Shown piece after piece: positions 1-9,582 of a stretch of 64,000 nucleotides of DNA (position 1 is the first letter of the stretch; every line of letters starts with the position of its first letter). Origin of the DNA: an uncultured virus (IMG/VR IMGVR_UViG_3300025598_000032) (taxonomy: Duplodnaviria > Heunggongvirae > Uroviricota > Caudoviricetes); IMG/VR virus record IMGVR_UViG_3300025598_000032, one strand, 5' to 3'. The position numbers and the translations under genes were made by a program. Under the pieces are notes generated by a model that saw only the letters and a list, made by a program, of their open reading frames with translations, did not search any database and was not told the origin of the DNA.

Positions 1-624
1 GTGGGTGTCTCACCATATTATTGTTTCTTTAATCCACCAGTTGGTGTTGGAGTGGGTGTTGGAGTGGGTGTTGGTGTTGGAGTGGGTGTTGGAGTGGGTG
101 TTGGTGTTGGAGTGGGTGTTGGAGGGGGAGGGTGTTTAGCTTATGGAACAATGATAAGACTCTCTAATGGAAGTTCTGTTGAAATTGAAAGATTAAAAGT
201 TGGGATGGAGCTAGATACTGCTTATATTCCAAACTATCCTCAAACTGAAGATCCACAAGATTGGTCACCAGCGTCTGTTTGGTCAACAAAAACTTTAGAA
301 GGAATTGTTCCAATTACAACATTTGTTAAATCAGTTAAGCATAGAATTAATCAGGGGTATTATACAATTAATGAATTTTTAAAAATAACATGGGAACATT
401 ATGTATTTGTAGAAAGAAATGGCGAGTGGCAATTTTTACAAGCACAAGATTTAAAAGTAAAAGATAACTTAATGTCTTTTCAAGATAACAGCATTATACC
501 AATTAATACTATAACTTATGACAGCAAGATGACTATGGTAGTTACACTAGAAACTGGCCCAGATCACCTTTATTACGCAGATGATATTTTAGTTCATAAT
601 TACCGACCACCAACAAAACAATAA
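1..624 (+). CDS. 5'-truncated protein with (VG)14 repeat followed by a C-terminal Hint (intein-like/BIL) domain
   Basis: GGGG|CLAYGTMI N-terminal block (Cys codon 133-135), LKITWEH block-B-like motif, VVTLETGPDHLYYADDILVHN C-terminal block (HN at 595-600); ORF is open at the window edge. Confidence 0.85.
   Translation: MGVSPYYCFFNPPVGVGVGVGVGVGVGVGVGVGVGVGVGVGGGGCLAYGTMIRLSNGSSVEIERLKVGMELDTAYIPNYPQTEDPQDWSPASVWSTKTLEGIVPITTFVKSVKHRINQGYYTINEFLKITWEHYVFVERNGEWQFLQAQDLKVKDNLMSFQDNSIIPINTITYDSKMTMVVTLETGPDHLYYADDILVHNYRPPTKQ
40..123 (+). repeat. Tandem repeat, 30-nt unit GTTGGTGTTGGAGTGGGTGTTGGAGTGGGT x2.8, encoding (VG)14
   Basis: Units read directly at 40-69, 70-99 and 100-123 (partial). 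Confidence 0.95.
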
Positions 625-633
625 GGTTTTTAT

Positions 634-1653
634 ATGAAAAAAACTATTTTTATTGGTTTTCCAGCTTATAATGAAGAAGATATTGATTTAACAATTACAA
701 CAGCTTTAAGTAATGCAAAGTACCCAGAAAATGTTCATTTTGGAATATTGTTACATTATACTGACGGCAACTTTCCAGATATATCAATGTATCCAAATGT
801 TAAATATGTTAAATCAGATTATTCAATAGGATTAGGCACTGGGCAATCAAGAAAAATTGTTGCGTCTTTATATGAAGACGAAGATTACTATTTACAAATA
901 GATGCTCATACAATATTTAAAAGTAATTGGGATACAATACTTATTAAAAGGCATGAAGAATTAAATAAACTTTTTTATAAACCCATTATAACAACTCTTG
1001 TACCAACTTGGTCAAAAGACGATTTTGGCAATATTTTAAATCAAGATGATAAAAAAGATATGTCTGATATAGAACCTTGGGGCATGACTTTTAGAGAGAT
1101 TAATGAAGATATTTTTGCCAACACTGGATTACCAACACCACATCCTCAAAAAATAAATTTTAAAACTTTTTATCATGAGCAATATTTAATTGCAGCAAAT
1201 TTTCTTTTTACAAAAGGCACGTATCTTGAAGAAATTCCTTTTGATGTAAAAATTAAATACCATGAAGAAAATATAACTGCTATGAGATCTTGGACTAGAG
1301 GTTATCAATTTTTTGCAATCAAAGAAGACACAATGTGGACAAGAGCCATGCATAATAAAACTATGCCTGAAAATTCCTGGAGAAACATGCTTTCTGTAAA
1401 AGATAAAAATAACGTAACATTTTATCATCTTGCAATAGAAGGGCTTTTAAGAAATAAAGATCTTTTGACGGGTAAAGTTTTAGGTAAATGGGGTGCCCCA
1501 TCTCAACAAGATTTAGATGATTATGAAGAAGTATCAGGAATTAATTATAAATTATTTTATGAGCAAATGGAGCAATTTGCCAAAACTGATAAAGCCGAAT
1601 ATACTAGAGCAAGGCATATTTATGATTTAGAAAGAAGTTATAATGTTTGGTAA
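634..1653 (+). CDS. GT-A glycosyltransferase, GlcNAc/GT60 (Skp1-hydroxyproline GlcNAc transferase-like) family
   Basis: TIFIGFPAYNEE...TITTALSNAKYPENVHFGI; EDYYLQIDAHTIFKSNWD (DxH); ANFLF; HEENITAMRSWTRGY. Confidence 0.75.
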   Translation: MKKTIFIGFPAYNEEDIDLTITTALSNAKYPENVHFGILLHYTDGNFPDISMYPNVKYVKSDYSIGLGTGQSRKIVASLYEDEDYYLQIDAHTIFKSNWDTILIKRHEELNKLFYKPIITTLVPTWSKDDFGNILNQDDKKDMSDIEPWGMTFREINEDIFANTGLPTPHPQKINFKTFYHEQYLIAANFLFTKGTYLEEIPFDVKIKYHEENITAMRSWTRGYQFFAIKEDTMWTRAMHNKTMPENSWRNMLSVKDKNNVTFYHLAIEGLLRNKDLLTGKVLGKWGAPSQQDLDDYEEVSGINYKLFYEQMEQFAKTDKAEYTRARHIYDLERSYNVW

Positions 1654-2371
1654 AAAAAATAAAGATCAAAAACAGTTAATTGAATTCTATCCTTGGACAG
1701 AAGACGTATTTCAGATAGTTGACGGTCCTGTTTCAGCAATTAAAAATGTTCCTGATTTTTGGAAAAAAATGCCAAAATATCATAGAGGAGATGAACTTGT
1801 TTTAGGTCCATTAGATAATAAAAGTGTAAATGCATCTCTAAAACACTGCATGGTTTATTTAGATGCACTAACAGGTGGCTACCATTATGTAACTTGGTGT
1901 GATATTGTTGTTAAAAATGTCAGAGGTATTCCACAATTAACTTGGAGGCCAGATACGCTATCGCCTTTAGCTGTTAGACATGTAGAACAATATCCTACAC
2001 CACCAGGGCATTACAACGCACACTTTTCTTGGAATATGCATTGGGGTGTAAAAACGCCAAAAGGTTGGTCTACTCTTTTTACACACCCCTTAAATCGAAC
2101 AGATTTACCTTTTACGACAGTTTCAGGAATTATGGATACAGATCAATACTGGGGTGCTGGAAACGTCACATTTCACATTAAAGAAGGTTTTGAAGGGATA
2201 ATCCCAGCGGGTACGCCATATATGCATGTACTTCCAGTTAAAAGAGCTGAATGGGAAAGTAAAGTAAACAAAGATCTGCAACAAAGTGCACATTGGGCAA
2301 TGGAAAGAAAGAAAAAATACATTGTTGGGTATTATAAAAAGCATCTTTGGGTACCAAAAAGATATAGATAG
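1643..2371 (+). CDS. DUF6065-like (dUTPase-like fold) protein; paralog of 61979..62710
   Basis: KTPKGWSTLFTHPLNRTDLPFTTVSGIMDTD...IPAGTPYMHVLPVKR. Confidence 0.55.
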   Translation: MFGKKNKDQKQLIEFYPWTEDVFQIVDGPVSAIKNVPDFWKKMPKYHRGDELVLGPLDNKSVNASLKHCMVYLDALTGGYHYVTWCDIVVKNVRGIPQLTWRPDTLSPLAVRHVEQYPTPPGHYNAHFSWNMHWGVKTPKGWSTLFTHPLNRTDLPFTTVSGIMDTDQYWGAGNVTFHIKEGFEGIIPAGTPYMHVLPVKRAEWESKVNKDLQQSAHWAMERKKKYIVGYYKKHLWVPKRYR

Positions 2372-2438
2372 TAAGTAATTTTGGCAGGTAACTGTTCAAT
2401 ATTTAGGCTTTACCTAGTAGAAATGGTATTATAAGCAT

Positions 2439-2777
2439 ATGGGTAAGATGAAAGTAACACCAGTTGATGAAGTTAATTGGGGCATGTATGTTTGGCAGAT
2501 GCCAGACGGTTCTGTTGTAAGAGACGAAGAAGGAGCTTATTTAAGCATTCCTTCAATGCGTGGAGACATCAGGCAAATTAATAAATTAAAAAAAGCGGCA
2601 AAAGAATATGATTTAGATGAAGGTCAGCCCCTGTTCTTTTCTGGTCACAGACCCGTTACCGATGAAGAATTAGAAGAACAAAAATCTCGGGCAGAATTAG
2701 GTTTAGTTCCAGACCCTCAAGATTTACCAGCAATGATGGAATACGTTAAAGAAATGCGGGAGATGGAGTTAGGTTAA
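2439..2777 (+). CDS. Hypothetical protein preceding portal
   Basis: 112-aa ORF; TGGTATTAT extended -10 ends 6 nt before the ATG. Confidence 0.6.
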   Translation: MGKMKVTPVDEVNWGMYVWQMPDGSVVRDEEGAYLSIPSMRGDIRQINKLKKAAKEYDLDEGQPLFFSGHRPVTDEELEEQKSRAELGLVPDPQDLPAMMEYVKEMREMELG

Positions 2778-2778
2778 T

Positions 2779-4362
2779 ATGGAACACAATGTAACAATTA
2801 TGAATGATGATGAAGGCGATGAGGTACAGATTACCTCAGATGCTGATCTTGGCATTTTTAGAAAAAGAGAACAAGAATTTCCTGATCCATTTTCACAGCC
2901 ATGGGAAGAGATTAAAAAGTCAGAAGGATTAAGTGCAAACTTTAGAAGAAATGCTTCAAGACTAGAAAAATCCTTTACTGGTATTCAAGATGCTAAATCT
3001 AAAAAGCTTGACCCATTAGATTTAACAGGATATTCATTATTTCAAATTGTTCAACCTCCATACAATATGCTTTATCTAGCACAACTTTATGATGTATCTC
3101 CATATCATCACTCTGCAGTAAATGCTAAAGCAGCAAACGTGGTTGGTTTGGGGTACAAGTTTGATAATACTTGGAACACAACATCTAAAATTGAAGAGGT
3201 TATGGATAACCCAAAAAAACTTGATAAATTGCGTAACAAGTTAGAGCAAGCAAAAGAAGAGTTGCGTAATTATCTTGAATCAATGAACTCAGATGATTCA
3301 TTTATTGAAAATATGAAAAAAGTTTTTATTGATCTTGAGTCAACAGGAAATGCTTATCTTGAAGTAGGACGTACATCAACAGGAAAAATTGGTTATCTTG
3401 GACATATTCCTACAACCACTATGCGTATTCGTCGTCACCGTGATGGCTTTGTACAAGTTGTTTATAACCGTTATACATTTTTTAGAAATTTTGGAGACAC
3501 AGAAACTCCTGATCAAATTGGTACAGATCCACAGCCAAATGAAGTAATTCATTTTAAAGTATTTACTCCATCAAACACCTATTATGGCGTACCAGATATC
3601 CTTGCAGCAAAAAATGCTGTAGCAGGCGATGAATTTGCACAAAGATTTAATTTAGATTACTTTGAAAATAAAGCGGTACCACGTTATATTATTACTGTAA
3701 AGGGTGCAAAGCTTACAGCTGATTCTGAGCGTAAGTTGCTTGAATTTTTCCAAACAGGACTGCGTGGAAGAAATCACAGAACCCTTTACATTCCTCTACC
3801 ATCTGATGGTGAACAAGGTCGTGTAGAGTTTGATATGAAACCTATTGAAGCTGGAGTTCAAGATTCTTCATTTAAAAACTATGCTATTGAAAATAGAGAC
3901 CGTATTCTTTTGGCCCACCGTGTACCAGTATCAAAGCTTGGTATGCCTGCAAATGTTTCTTTGGCAAATGCTAAAGATGCTGACAAAACATTTAAAGAAC
4001 AAGTATGTCGTCCACGTCAAGAAGAGCTTGAGTTTAAGATTAACTTGATTATTAAAGAATTTACAGACGCATTTGTTCTTAGATTTAATGAACTTGCACT
4101 TACAGACGAAGAAACACAATCACGCATTGATGATCGTTATCTTAAGGATCAAGTTATTACTCCTAACGAAGTTCGTGCTCGTCGTGGCATGGCACCGCTT
4201 GAAGGCGGTGATGCAGTGCTTATTATTAATCCTAAAGCAGCACAAGATGCAGCATCTGATGCAAGTGGAAATAAAACACGTAGTCAAGATAGAACATTAA
4301 ATGCTCCTGACAAGATGGGTACTGGACGTAACCCACAAGGAGAGGGAAGACAACAGGATTAA
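2779..4362 (+). CDS. Phage portal protein
   Basis: DLESTGNAYLEV, NEVIHFK, YYGVPDI, YFENKAVP, ITPNEVRARRGMAPLEGGD; first large gene of the head module. Confidence 0.92.
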   Translation: MEHNVTIMNDDEGDEVQITSDADLGIFRKREQEFPDPFSQPWEEIKKSEGLSANFRRNASRLEKSFTGIQDAKSKKLDPLDLTGYSLFQIVQPPYNMLYLAQLYDVSPYHHSAVNAKAANVVGLGYKFDNTWNTTSKIEEVMDNPKKLDKLRNKLEQAKEELRNYLESMNSDDSFIENMKKVFIDLESTGNAYLEVGRTSTGKIGYLGHIPTTTMRIRRHRDGFVQVVYNRYTFFRNFGDTETPDQIGTDPQPNEVIHFKVFTPSNTYYGVPDILAAKNAVAGDEFAQRFNLDYFENKAVPRYIITVKGAKLTADSERKLLEFFQTGLRGRNHRTLYIPLPSDGEQGRVEFDMKPIEAGVQDSSFKNYAIENRDRILLAHRVPVSKLGMPANVSLANAKDADKTFKEQVCRPRQEELEFKINLIIKEFTDAFVLRFNELALTDEETQSRIDDRYLKDQVITPNEVRARRGMAPLEGGDAVLIINPKAAQDAASDASGNKTRSQDRTLNAPDKMGTGRNPQGEGRQQD

Positions 4363-4365
4363 TAA

Positions 4366-5226
4366 ATGGCAACGCCACTTGATGTATTAAATGTTGCTAG
4401 AAGTCAAATAGGTTTTATTGAAGGACCTATGAATGAAAACCCATACGGAATATGGTATGGCATTCCAAACGCAAGTTATTGTGCAATGGGAATCAGTTGG
4501 TGTTTTGGGCAAGTTGGATTATCAAATCTTGTTGCAGCTCAAACTCAAAAAGGTTTTGCATATTGTCCTGCAGGATTAAATTGGTTTCAACGTCAAGGCT
4601 TAGTTGTAAATAAATATCAAGCACAACCTGGTGATCTTGTTTTCTTTTCATGGGGAACAGGTGTTGCAGAACATGTAGAAATTGTTGAGGCAGCAAGTGC
4701 CGATGGATTAACTACAATTGGTTTTAATACTAGTGATTCAACAGGAAAATCTGCTGCAAATGGCGGAGGATGTTATAGGGAACATCGTCCATATCTTTAT
4801 GTTATGGCAATTGTAAGACCTAAATATCCAGTAACTGTTCAACCAACAAAATCTATTGCTACAAGTAAAAAAGCAACGGCAACAGTTGCTACTGTTGGAA
4901 CAGGAGTTGCAGGAGCACTTGGAATGTCACATACTGGCACTGCTAATAATTCAACAGCAACTCCGACACCTACACCCACTGCATTTTATGCTCCACCATT
5001 TCCATCAACATCAAATTCTTTTACATTAGGTCAAACTAATGATGCAGTATTAACAGTTCAAAAAGCTTTAGTTAAAAAAGGCTTACTTGTAGCAAAATAT
5101 GCTACGGGAACAATGAATACTCAAACACAGGCAGCACTTGTTATATTTGATAAAAAAGCGGGTATTATAGTAAAAGCAGGACAAGTACCCCAAATAGTTT
5201 ATGATACTTTAAAGGGATCATTATGA
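4366..5226 (+). CDS. Endolysin: CHAP-type N-terminal domain plus C-terminal peptidoglycan-binding-like domain
   Basis: LNVARSQIGFIEG, SYCAMGISW (Cys), PGDLVFF, EHVEIV (His); C-terminal LGQTNDAVLTVQKAL...TGTMNTQTQAAL. Confidence 0.75.
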   Translation: MATPLDVLNVARSQIGFIEGPMNENPYGIWYGIPNASYCAMGISWCFGQVGLSNLVAAQTQKGFAYCPAGLNWFQRQGLVVNKYQAQPGDLVFFSWGTGVAEHVEIVEAASADGLTTIGFNTSDSTGKSAANGGGCYREHRPYLYVMAIVRPKYPVTVQPTKSIATSKKATATVATVGTGVAGALGMSHTGTANNSTATPTPTPTAFYAPPFPSTSNSFTLGQTNDAVLTVQKALVKKGLLVAKYATGTMNTQTQAALVIFDKKAGIIVKAGQVPQIVYDTLKGSL

Positions 5227-5564
5227 ATCTACATCATCACTTTAAATTTAATATTGGGGACGCTAAACAGCTTGGTATAGCCATGATATCAGCGGGTATC
5301 CCGTGGGCATGCCGTGGTTTTGCCCATGATGCAGCAACCCTTTGGTATACATTTGGCGGGTTTATAACTGGCGGTCTAGTATCACATAATTCAACAGCAT
5401 CTCCCAATGTAATGCCACAATCTCATATAGAAACCCCCTATGTTAATAACATAAATGATGGGGACAAAGGGGTTCCTCCTCAATTTACAATCCCAGGAAA
5501 CCCACAAAATCAACAATTTCAGAACGTCAAAATTGTTCCAAAAGAAGAAAAAAATATTAGTTAA
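5223..5564 (+). CDS. Small membrane protein, possible holin
   Basis: Two hydrophobic segments; overlaps the endolysin stop (ATGA). Confidence 0.4.
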   Translation: MNLHHHFKFNIGDAKQLGIAMISAGIPWACRGFAHDAATLWYTFGGFITGGLVSHNSTASPNVMPQSHIETPYVNNINDGDKGVPPQFTIPGNPQNQQFQNVKIVPKEEKNIS

Positions 5565-5605
5565 ATTATGTTTTATTCATAAAAACTGATACTATTTATT
5601 TACAT

Positions 5606-6970
5606 ATGGACATTCAAAAAACTTATTGGCAAAATAGCGAGTCAACAATGACTCTTGCCTTTCCTATTGCAAAAGTCAATAAGGAAAAAAGAACTGTGTC
5701 AGGATTTGCTTCATTAGATAACGTTGATCATCATGGGGATGTTGTAACAGCAGAAGCAAGCAAGAAAGCCTTTGAAAGATTTAGAGGAAATATCCGTGAG
5801 ATGCACGGACCAAGTGCTGTTGGAAAAATGATTAATTTTAAAGAAGATTCATTTTTTGATAAGTCAACAGGCAAAAAGTATAATGGAATTTATGTAACGG
5901 CATATATCTCTAAAGGTGCACCCGATGCATGGGAGAAGTGCTTGGATGGAACATACGGCGGATTTTCAATTGGTGGTAACATCAATGATGCAAAGATGGA
6001 AAAGGTAGACGGAGAAGAAGATACAAGAAGAGTTATTCATGATTATGATTTGCATGAACTATCACTTGTAGATTCTCCAGCAAACCCACTTGCAAATATT
6101 TTTTCTATTCAAAAAATGGCAGAAAATACTCCAACAGAAAATGTATTCTGGTGTGCAACAGATGAAGTTGCATCAACATCAACAGCAACAACAAAAAGTT
6201 GTGTTGTTTGTGGAGACAGTATGTCAACAATTGGTTGGGTAGAACAATCTGATTCAGAAAAGTTTGAATCAATTGAAAAAGTTATTGATTCATATTTTAA
6301 AAAAGATGATGCACCAACAGCTGCACATGAAGCAACAGAAACTGCTGCCCCTGGTGCAAGTGGTAATGTAATTGATAGCACAGTTGGAATCAATCTTTAT
6401 CCTGATCAAAATGAAAAACAAAAGGTTTTGTTCAATGATGGACAAAAAATCAAGAAAGCTGAAGGAGGTAATGAAATGGCAGAAGATACAGAAGTAACAA
6501 CTAATGAAGTTGTTGCAGAAGCTCCAGCCGAAGAAGTTGCGGTAGTTGAAGAAGTAGCATCAGTTGATGCTGGGGAATCAATTGAAAAAGCTGTAACTAT
6601 TTCAGAGGTTGAAGATACAATTGACTTTGAGAAGATGGTCAATGACCTTAAGAGCTTCCTTGGAGAATCTCTATCAAAGAATTTAAATGAAAATAATGAT
6701 GCAGTACTAGCAGTTACCAAGATGTTTGAGGAAACAACATCAGGTATTCAAAAGGCAATCTCTGATTTAACAGAGAAGTACGATGCACTACAAAAGTCGG
6801 TAACGGACATGTATAGCAAGATTGACTATGTTGATCATCAGCTAAAAGGATTTGAATCCGCAACCGCAGTTAAGAAGTCCAGTGACCTTAATGGATCATT
6901 GGAAGAAACAAAGATACAAAAAAGTCTATGGCAAGGAACCTTCCTCGGGTTATCAAGCATAACAAAATAA
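5606..6970 (+). CDS. HK97-type prohead protease fused to an acidic coiled-coil scaffold
   Basis: RTVSGFASLDNVDHHGDVV, NIREMH, GGFSIGG (Ser), ELSLVDSPANP; acidic/coiled-coil C-terminal half; directly upstream of the capsid gene. Confidence 0.9.
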   Translation: MDIQKTYWQNSESTMTLAFPIAKVNKEKRTVSGFASLDNVDHHGDVVTAEASKKAFERFRGNIREMHGPSAVGKMINFKEDSFFDKSTGKKYNGIYVTAYISKGAPDAWEKCLDGTYGGFSIGGNINDAKMEKVDGEEDTRRVIHDYDLHELSLVDSPANPLANIFSIQKMAENTPTENVFWCATDEVASTSTATTKSCVVCGDSMSTIGWVEQSDSEKFESIEKVIDSYFKKDDAPTAAHEATETAAPGASGNVIDSTVGINLYPDQNEKQKVLFNDGQKIKKAEGGNEMAEDTEVTTNEVVAEAPAEEVAVVEEVASVDAGESIEKAVTISEVEDTIDFEKMVNDLKSFLGESLSKNLNENNDAVLAVTKMFEETTSGIQKAISDLTEKYDALQKSVTDMYSKIDYVDHQLKGFESATAVKKSSDLNGSLEETKIQKSLWQGTFLGLSSITK

Positions 6971-6981
6971 ATCTATAAAAA

Positions 6982-7001
6982 AAATAAGGTGGTGAAATAA
7001 A
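6982..7001 (+). promoter_or_regulatory. Translation-initiation motif AAATAAGGTGGTGAAATAAA (identical copy at 11321-11340; core at 56214-56225)
   Basis: Exact 20-nt repeat upstream of the capsid and tail tube genes; SD-like AGGTGGTGA. Confidence 0.75.
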
Positions 7002-7004
7002 AAA

Positions 7005-8135
7005 ATGAGTAATGAACTTCTACAAAAAGTAATTGATACTACGAACCTCGGTTCCTCAGCAGTCAACGCTTCTACAGATTCTGCTACCCTTTCAGGTAAC
7101 GGTCTTCTATATCCAGATCAAGCTAATCGCTTCTTGGATTACATGTGGGATGCGACAATCCTAGCTAAGGCAGCTCGTACAATTCGTATGCGTTCAAACA
7201 CAACCGAAATTGATCGTGTTGCAGTTGGACAACGTATCATGACAGTTGCACAAGAAGATAATCCACGTGATTATACTAACTCAACAGGAGCAGGTTTCGC
7301 ATCTGCTGCTGCAACATTTAACAAGATCTCTCTAACAACACGCAAGTTGCGTCTTGACTGGGAACTTTCATCAGAGTCCCTAGAGGACAACGTTGAGGGT
7401 CCAGATCTAGAAGATCACATTGCACGTTTGATGGCTACCCAAGCTGGTAACGACATTGAGGATGTTCTAATCAATGGTACTGGTACTGGATCTGGTCTTC
7501 TTTCTGCATTTAAGGGATTCCGTCAGCTCGCTCTCGACAACGCACACGTTGTTGATGCACAAGGTGTTGGACTTGACAAGGCTGTATTCAACCTTGCAAT
7601 CAAGACACTCCCACGTAAGTACAAGCAACGCCGTAATCAACTTCGTTTCTTCACAGGATCGAACTTGGTACAAGATTACTTGTACAACCTAACCGCTATG
7701 ACAAGCTCTGGCTTCAACCCATTTGATATCGCTTCAGGTATCATTCGTGGTGATGTCGCTGCTAACGATGGTGGTCCAGGTTCTGTAACTCCATACGCAT
7801 TTGGTATTCCAGTTATCAACGTTCCGTTGATCACAGAAACCGTTGCAGGAGATTACAGCGGTGCTACAGGCTATCATGGCGATGTACACTTAACATTCCC
7901 ACAGAACTTTATCATTGGTATTAAGCGTGATGTAACTGTGTATCGTTTGTTCCAACCAAAGAAGGATACAATCGAATATACACTTTTCATCCGTGTTGGT
8001 GCACAAATGGAAAACTATGACGCTCACGTTATCGTGAAGAACGTCAAGGTTGCTGGTTCTGTTGCTTCAGGTGCGTTCGGTTCCGTTACAAACGGTGCAA
8101 ACGTTACAGGTGGCGTAAACGGAAATACATACTAA
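7005..8135 (+). CDS. Major capsid protein (HK97 fold)
   Basis: GLLYPDQANRFLDYM, ELSSESLEDNVEG, GNDIEDVLINGTG; position; biased codon use. Confidence 0.92.
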   Translation: MSNELLQKVIDTTNLGSSAVNASTDSATLSGNGLLYPDQANRFLDYMWDATILAKAARTIRMRSNTTEIDRVAVGQRIMTVAQEDNPRDYTNSTGAGFASAAATFNKISLTTRKLRLDWELSSESLEDNVEGPDLEDHIARLMATQAGNDIEDVLINGTGTGSGLLSAFKGFRQLALDNAHVVDAQGVGLDKAVFNLAIKTLPRKYKQRRNQLRFFTGSNLVQDYLYNLTAMTSSGFNPFDIASGIIRGDVAANDGGPGSVTPYAFGIPVINVPLITETVAGDYSGATGYHGDVHLTFPQNFIIGIKRDVTVYRLFQPKKDTIEYTLFIRVGAQMENYDAHVIVKNVKVAGSVASGAFGSVTNGANVTGGVNGNTY

Positions 8136-8154
8136 TATTAATTAGTTGCAAGAT

Positions 8155-8182
8155 TAAGGGCGGGAGTCAAATCCTGCCCTTA
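8155..8182 (+). terminator. Hairpin/terminator after capsid gene
   Basis: TAAGGGCGGGA-gtcaaa-TCCTGCCCTTA inverted repeat. Confidence 0.65.
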
Positions 8183-8204
8183 GTCATTATCTGATATAAT
8201 TAAC

Positions 8205-8621
8205 ATGACGAAAGGTATAAAAATGTCATTTACAGATCTAAAAATCGCAGAATTAAGAAAAGCAGCAGAAGCTTTTGGTATTGATTCAGAGGAATATAAG
8301 ACAAAACCAGAAATCATTGCAGTCCTTCAAGAAGAAGGAATCTCATATGATATGTATCAAAAGTTTACTAATGTTGAAAAGCAAGATATTGAAATCTCTG
8401 AGCTTGAAAAGAAGAAAAGAGAACAAAGGATCATGAAGACAACAAAGTCAGTTCTTGTTAAGATGGAAAGAGATAATCACTCTTACAATACAATGAACTA
8501 TACATTTACCAGAGAGCACCCATTCGTGGCAATGTCCGAATCAGAAGCTCAAGCTATTTTTGACCATCAAGATGGATTCAGATTAGCAACTCCTAGAGAA
8601 GCTCAGGAGTTTTACGCTTAG
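8205..8621 (+). CDS. Hypothetical head-associated protein with N-terminal HeH/Rho-N-like motif (start possibly 8223)
   Basis: LKIAELRKAAEAFGID...KTKPEIIAVL. Confidence 0.5.
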   Translation: MTKGIKMSFTDLKIAELRKAAEAFGIDSEEYKTKPEIIAVLQEEGISYDMYQKFTNVEKQDIEISELEKKKREQRIMKTTKSVLVKMERDNHSYNTMNYTFTREHPFVAMSESEAQAIFDHQDGFRLATPREAQEFYA

Positions 8622-8631
8622 GAGGCAATAA

Positions 8632-9582
8632 GTGCAAAACATAACCAGAAATCAAGAAGCCAAGGTTCTTCTAAATGTCTTTAACAGTGGCATATTATCA
8701 CAAGCAGACTCCCTGCCAACCTTAGCAATCTATGACGCAGATAATGATTCTGCACCAATTATTGGTTATGAAAATTGCACACCAGTTGACGAGGTACCCT
8801 CTGGAATATATTCTTACTTGCTGACACCTGCTATTACCAACATTAATAGAGTATTAGAGCTACGCTGGACATATATTGTTAACGGAGTTTCTGCAACACA
8901 AAATGAATATTATTCTGTAGATAGCGTATATGCTACGCCTTCAGATGTTATTGATTTCTTTCAGTATGGATCAACTCCTTCAGAGTTAAATTATCAAGAT
9001 GAAAATAAAATTATTGCAGCTGAAAAAGTTGCACGAACAATTGTAGACGGGTACACAGGACAAAAGTTTTGGTGCTACTATGGAAGCCAAGAAATGTTTG
9101 GTAAAGGCTCAGATGCACTACAATTTACTGAAAGAATGCTTACAATTGACAAGGTATGGGAGAACGATATTCTTGTTATTGATAACACTGTTACTCCTTA
9201 TGTCAACACATTTGGTTTCCCTCTTGAAATTACACAAACAGGATTTGCAGTAAGAATTTATGATCAAGGCTGGGATGTAAGATACGACAATAACGTAGAT
9301 CCAGCAGTCCTTTATTACGGACGTTTTCAAGATAATGCAAGATACAAATTTCAAGGTCAAATTGGGTACAAGTATGTGCCAGATGACATTAAAATTGCAA
9401 CAATGCTTTTAATTAATGATATCTTAGCAAATGACTTTAACTGGAGAAACAAGTACTTACAAAAAGTTGATCTTAGTGAGATTTCATTTGAAATGGCAAA
9501 GGGAGCGTTTAACGGAACTGGTAATGTAACCGTAGATAATATCTTGGACCAATACCGTCACGTTAATATTGTAATTATCTAA
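8632..9582 (+). CDS. Head-tail adaptor/connector
   Basis: YATPSDV...IVDGYTGQKF, GYKYVPDDIKIATMLLI, VDNILDQYR; position. Confidence 0.7.
   Translation: MQNITRNQEAKVLLNVFNSGILSQADSLPTLAIYDADNDSAPIIGYENCTPVDEVPSGIYSYLLTPAITNINRVLELRWTYIVNGVSATQNEYYSVDSVYATPSDVIDFFQYGSTPSELNYQDENKIIAAEKVARTIVDGYTGQKFWCYYGSQEMFGKGSDALQFTERMLTIDKVWENDILVIDNTVTPYVNTFGFPLEITQTGFAVRIYDQGWDVRYDNNVDPAVLYYGRFQDNARYKFQGQIGYKYVPDDIKIATMLLINDILANDFNWRNKYLQKVDLSEISFEMAKGAFNGTGNVTVDNILDQYRHVNIVII

Noticed and set aside
40..123. Repeat as a CRISPR array or telomere-like repeat
   Set aside because: There are no spacers; it is an in-frame coding dipeptide repeat.
133..600. Canonical splicing intein with homing endonuclease
   Set aside because: Only about 156 aa with no endonuclease motifs; the +1 residue is Tyr and the C-extein is 7 aa.
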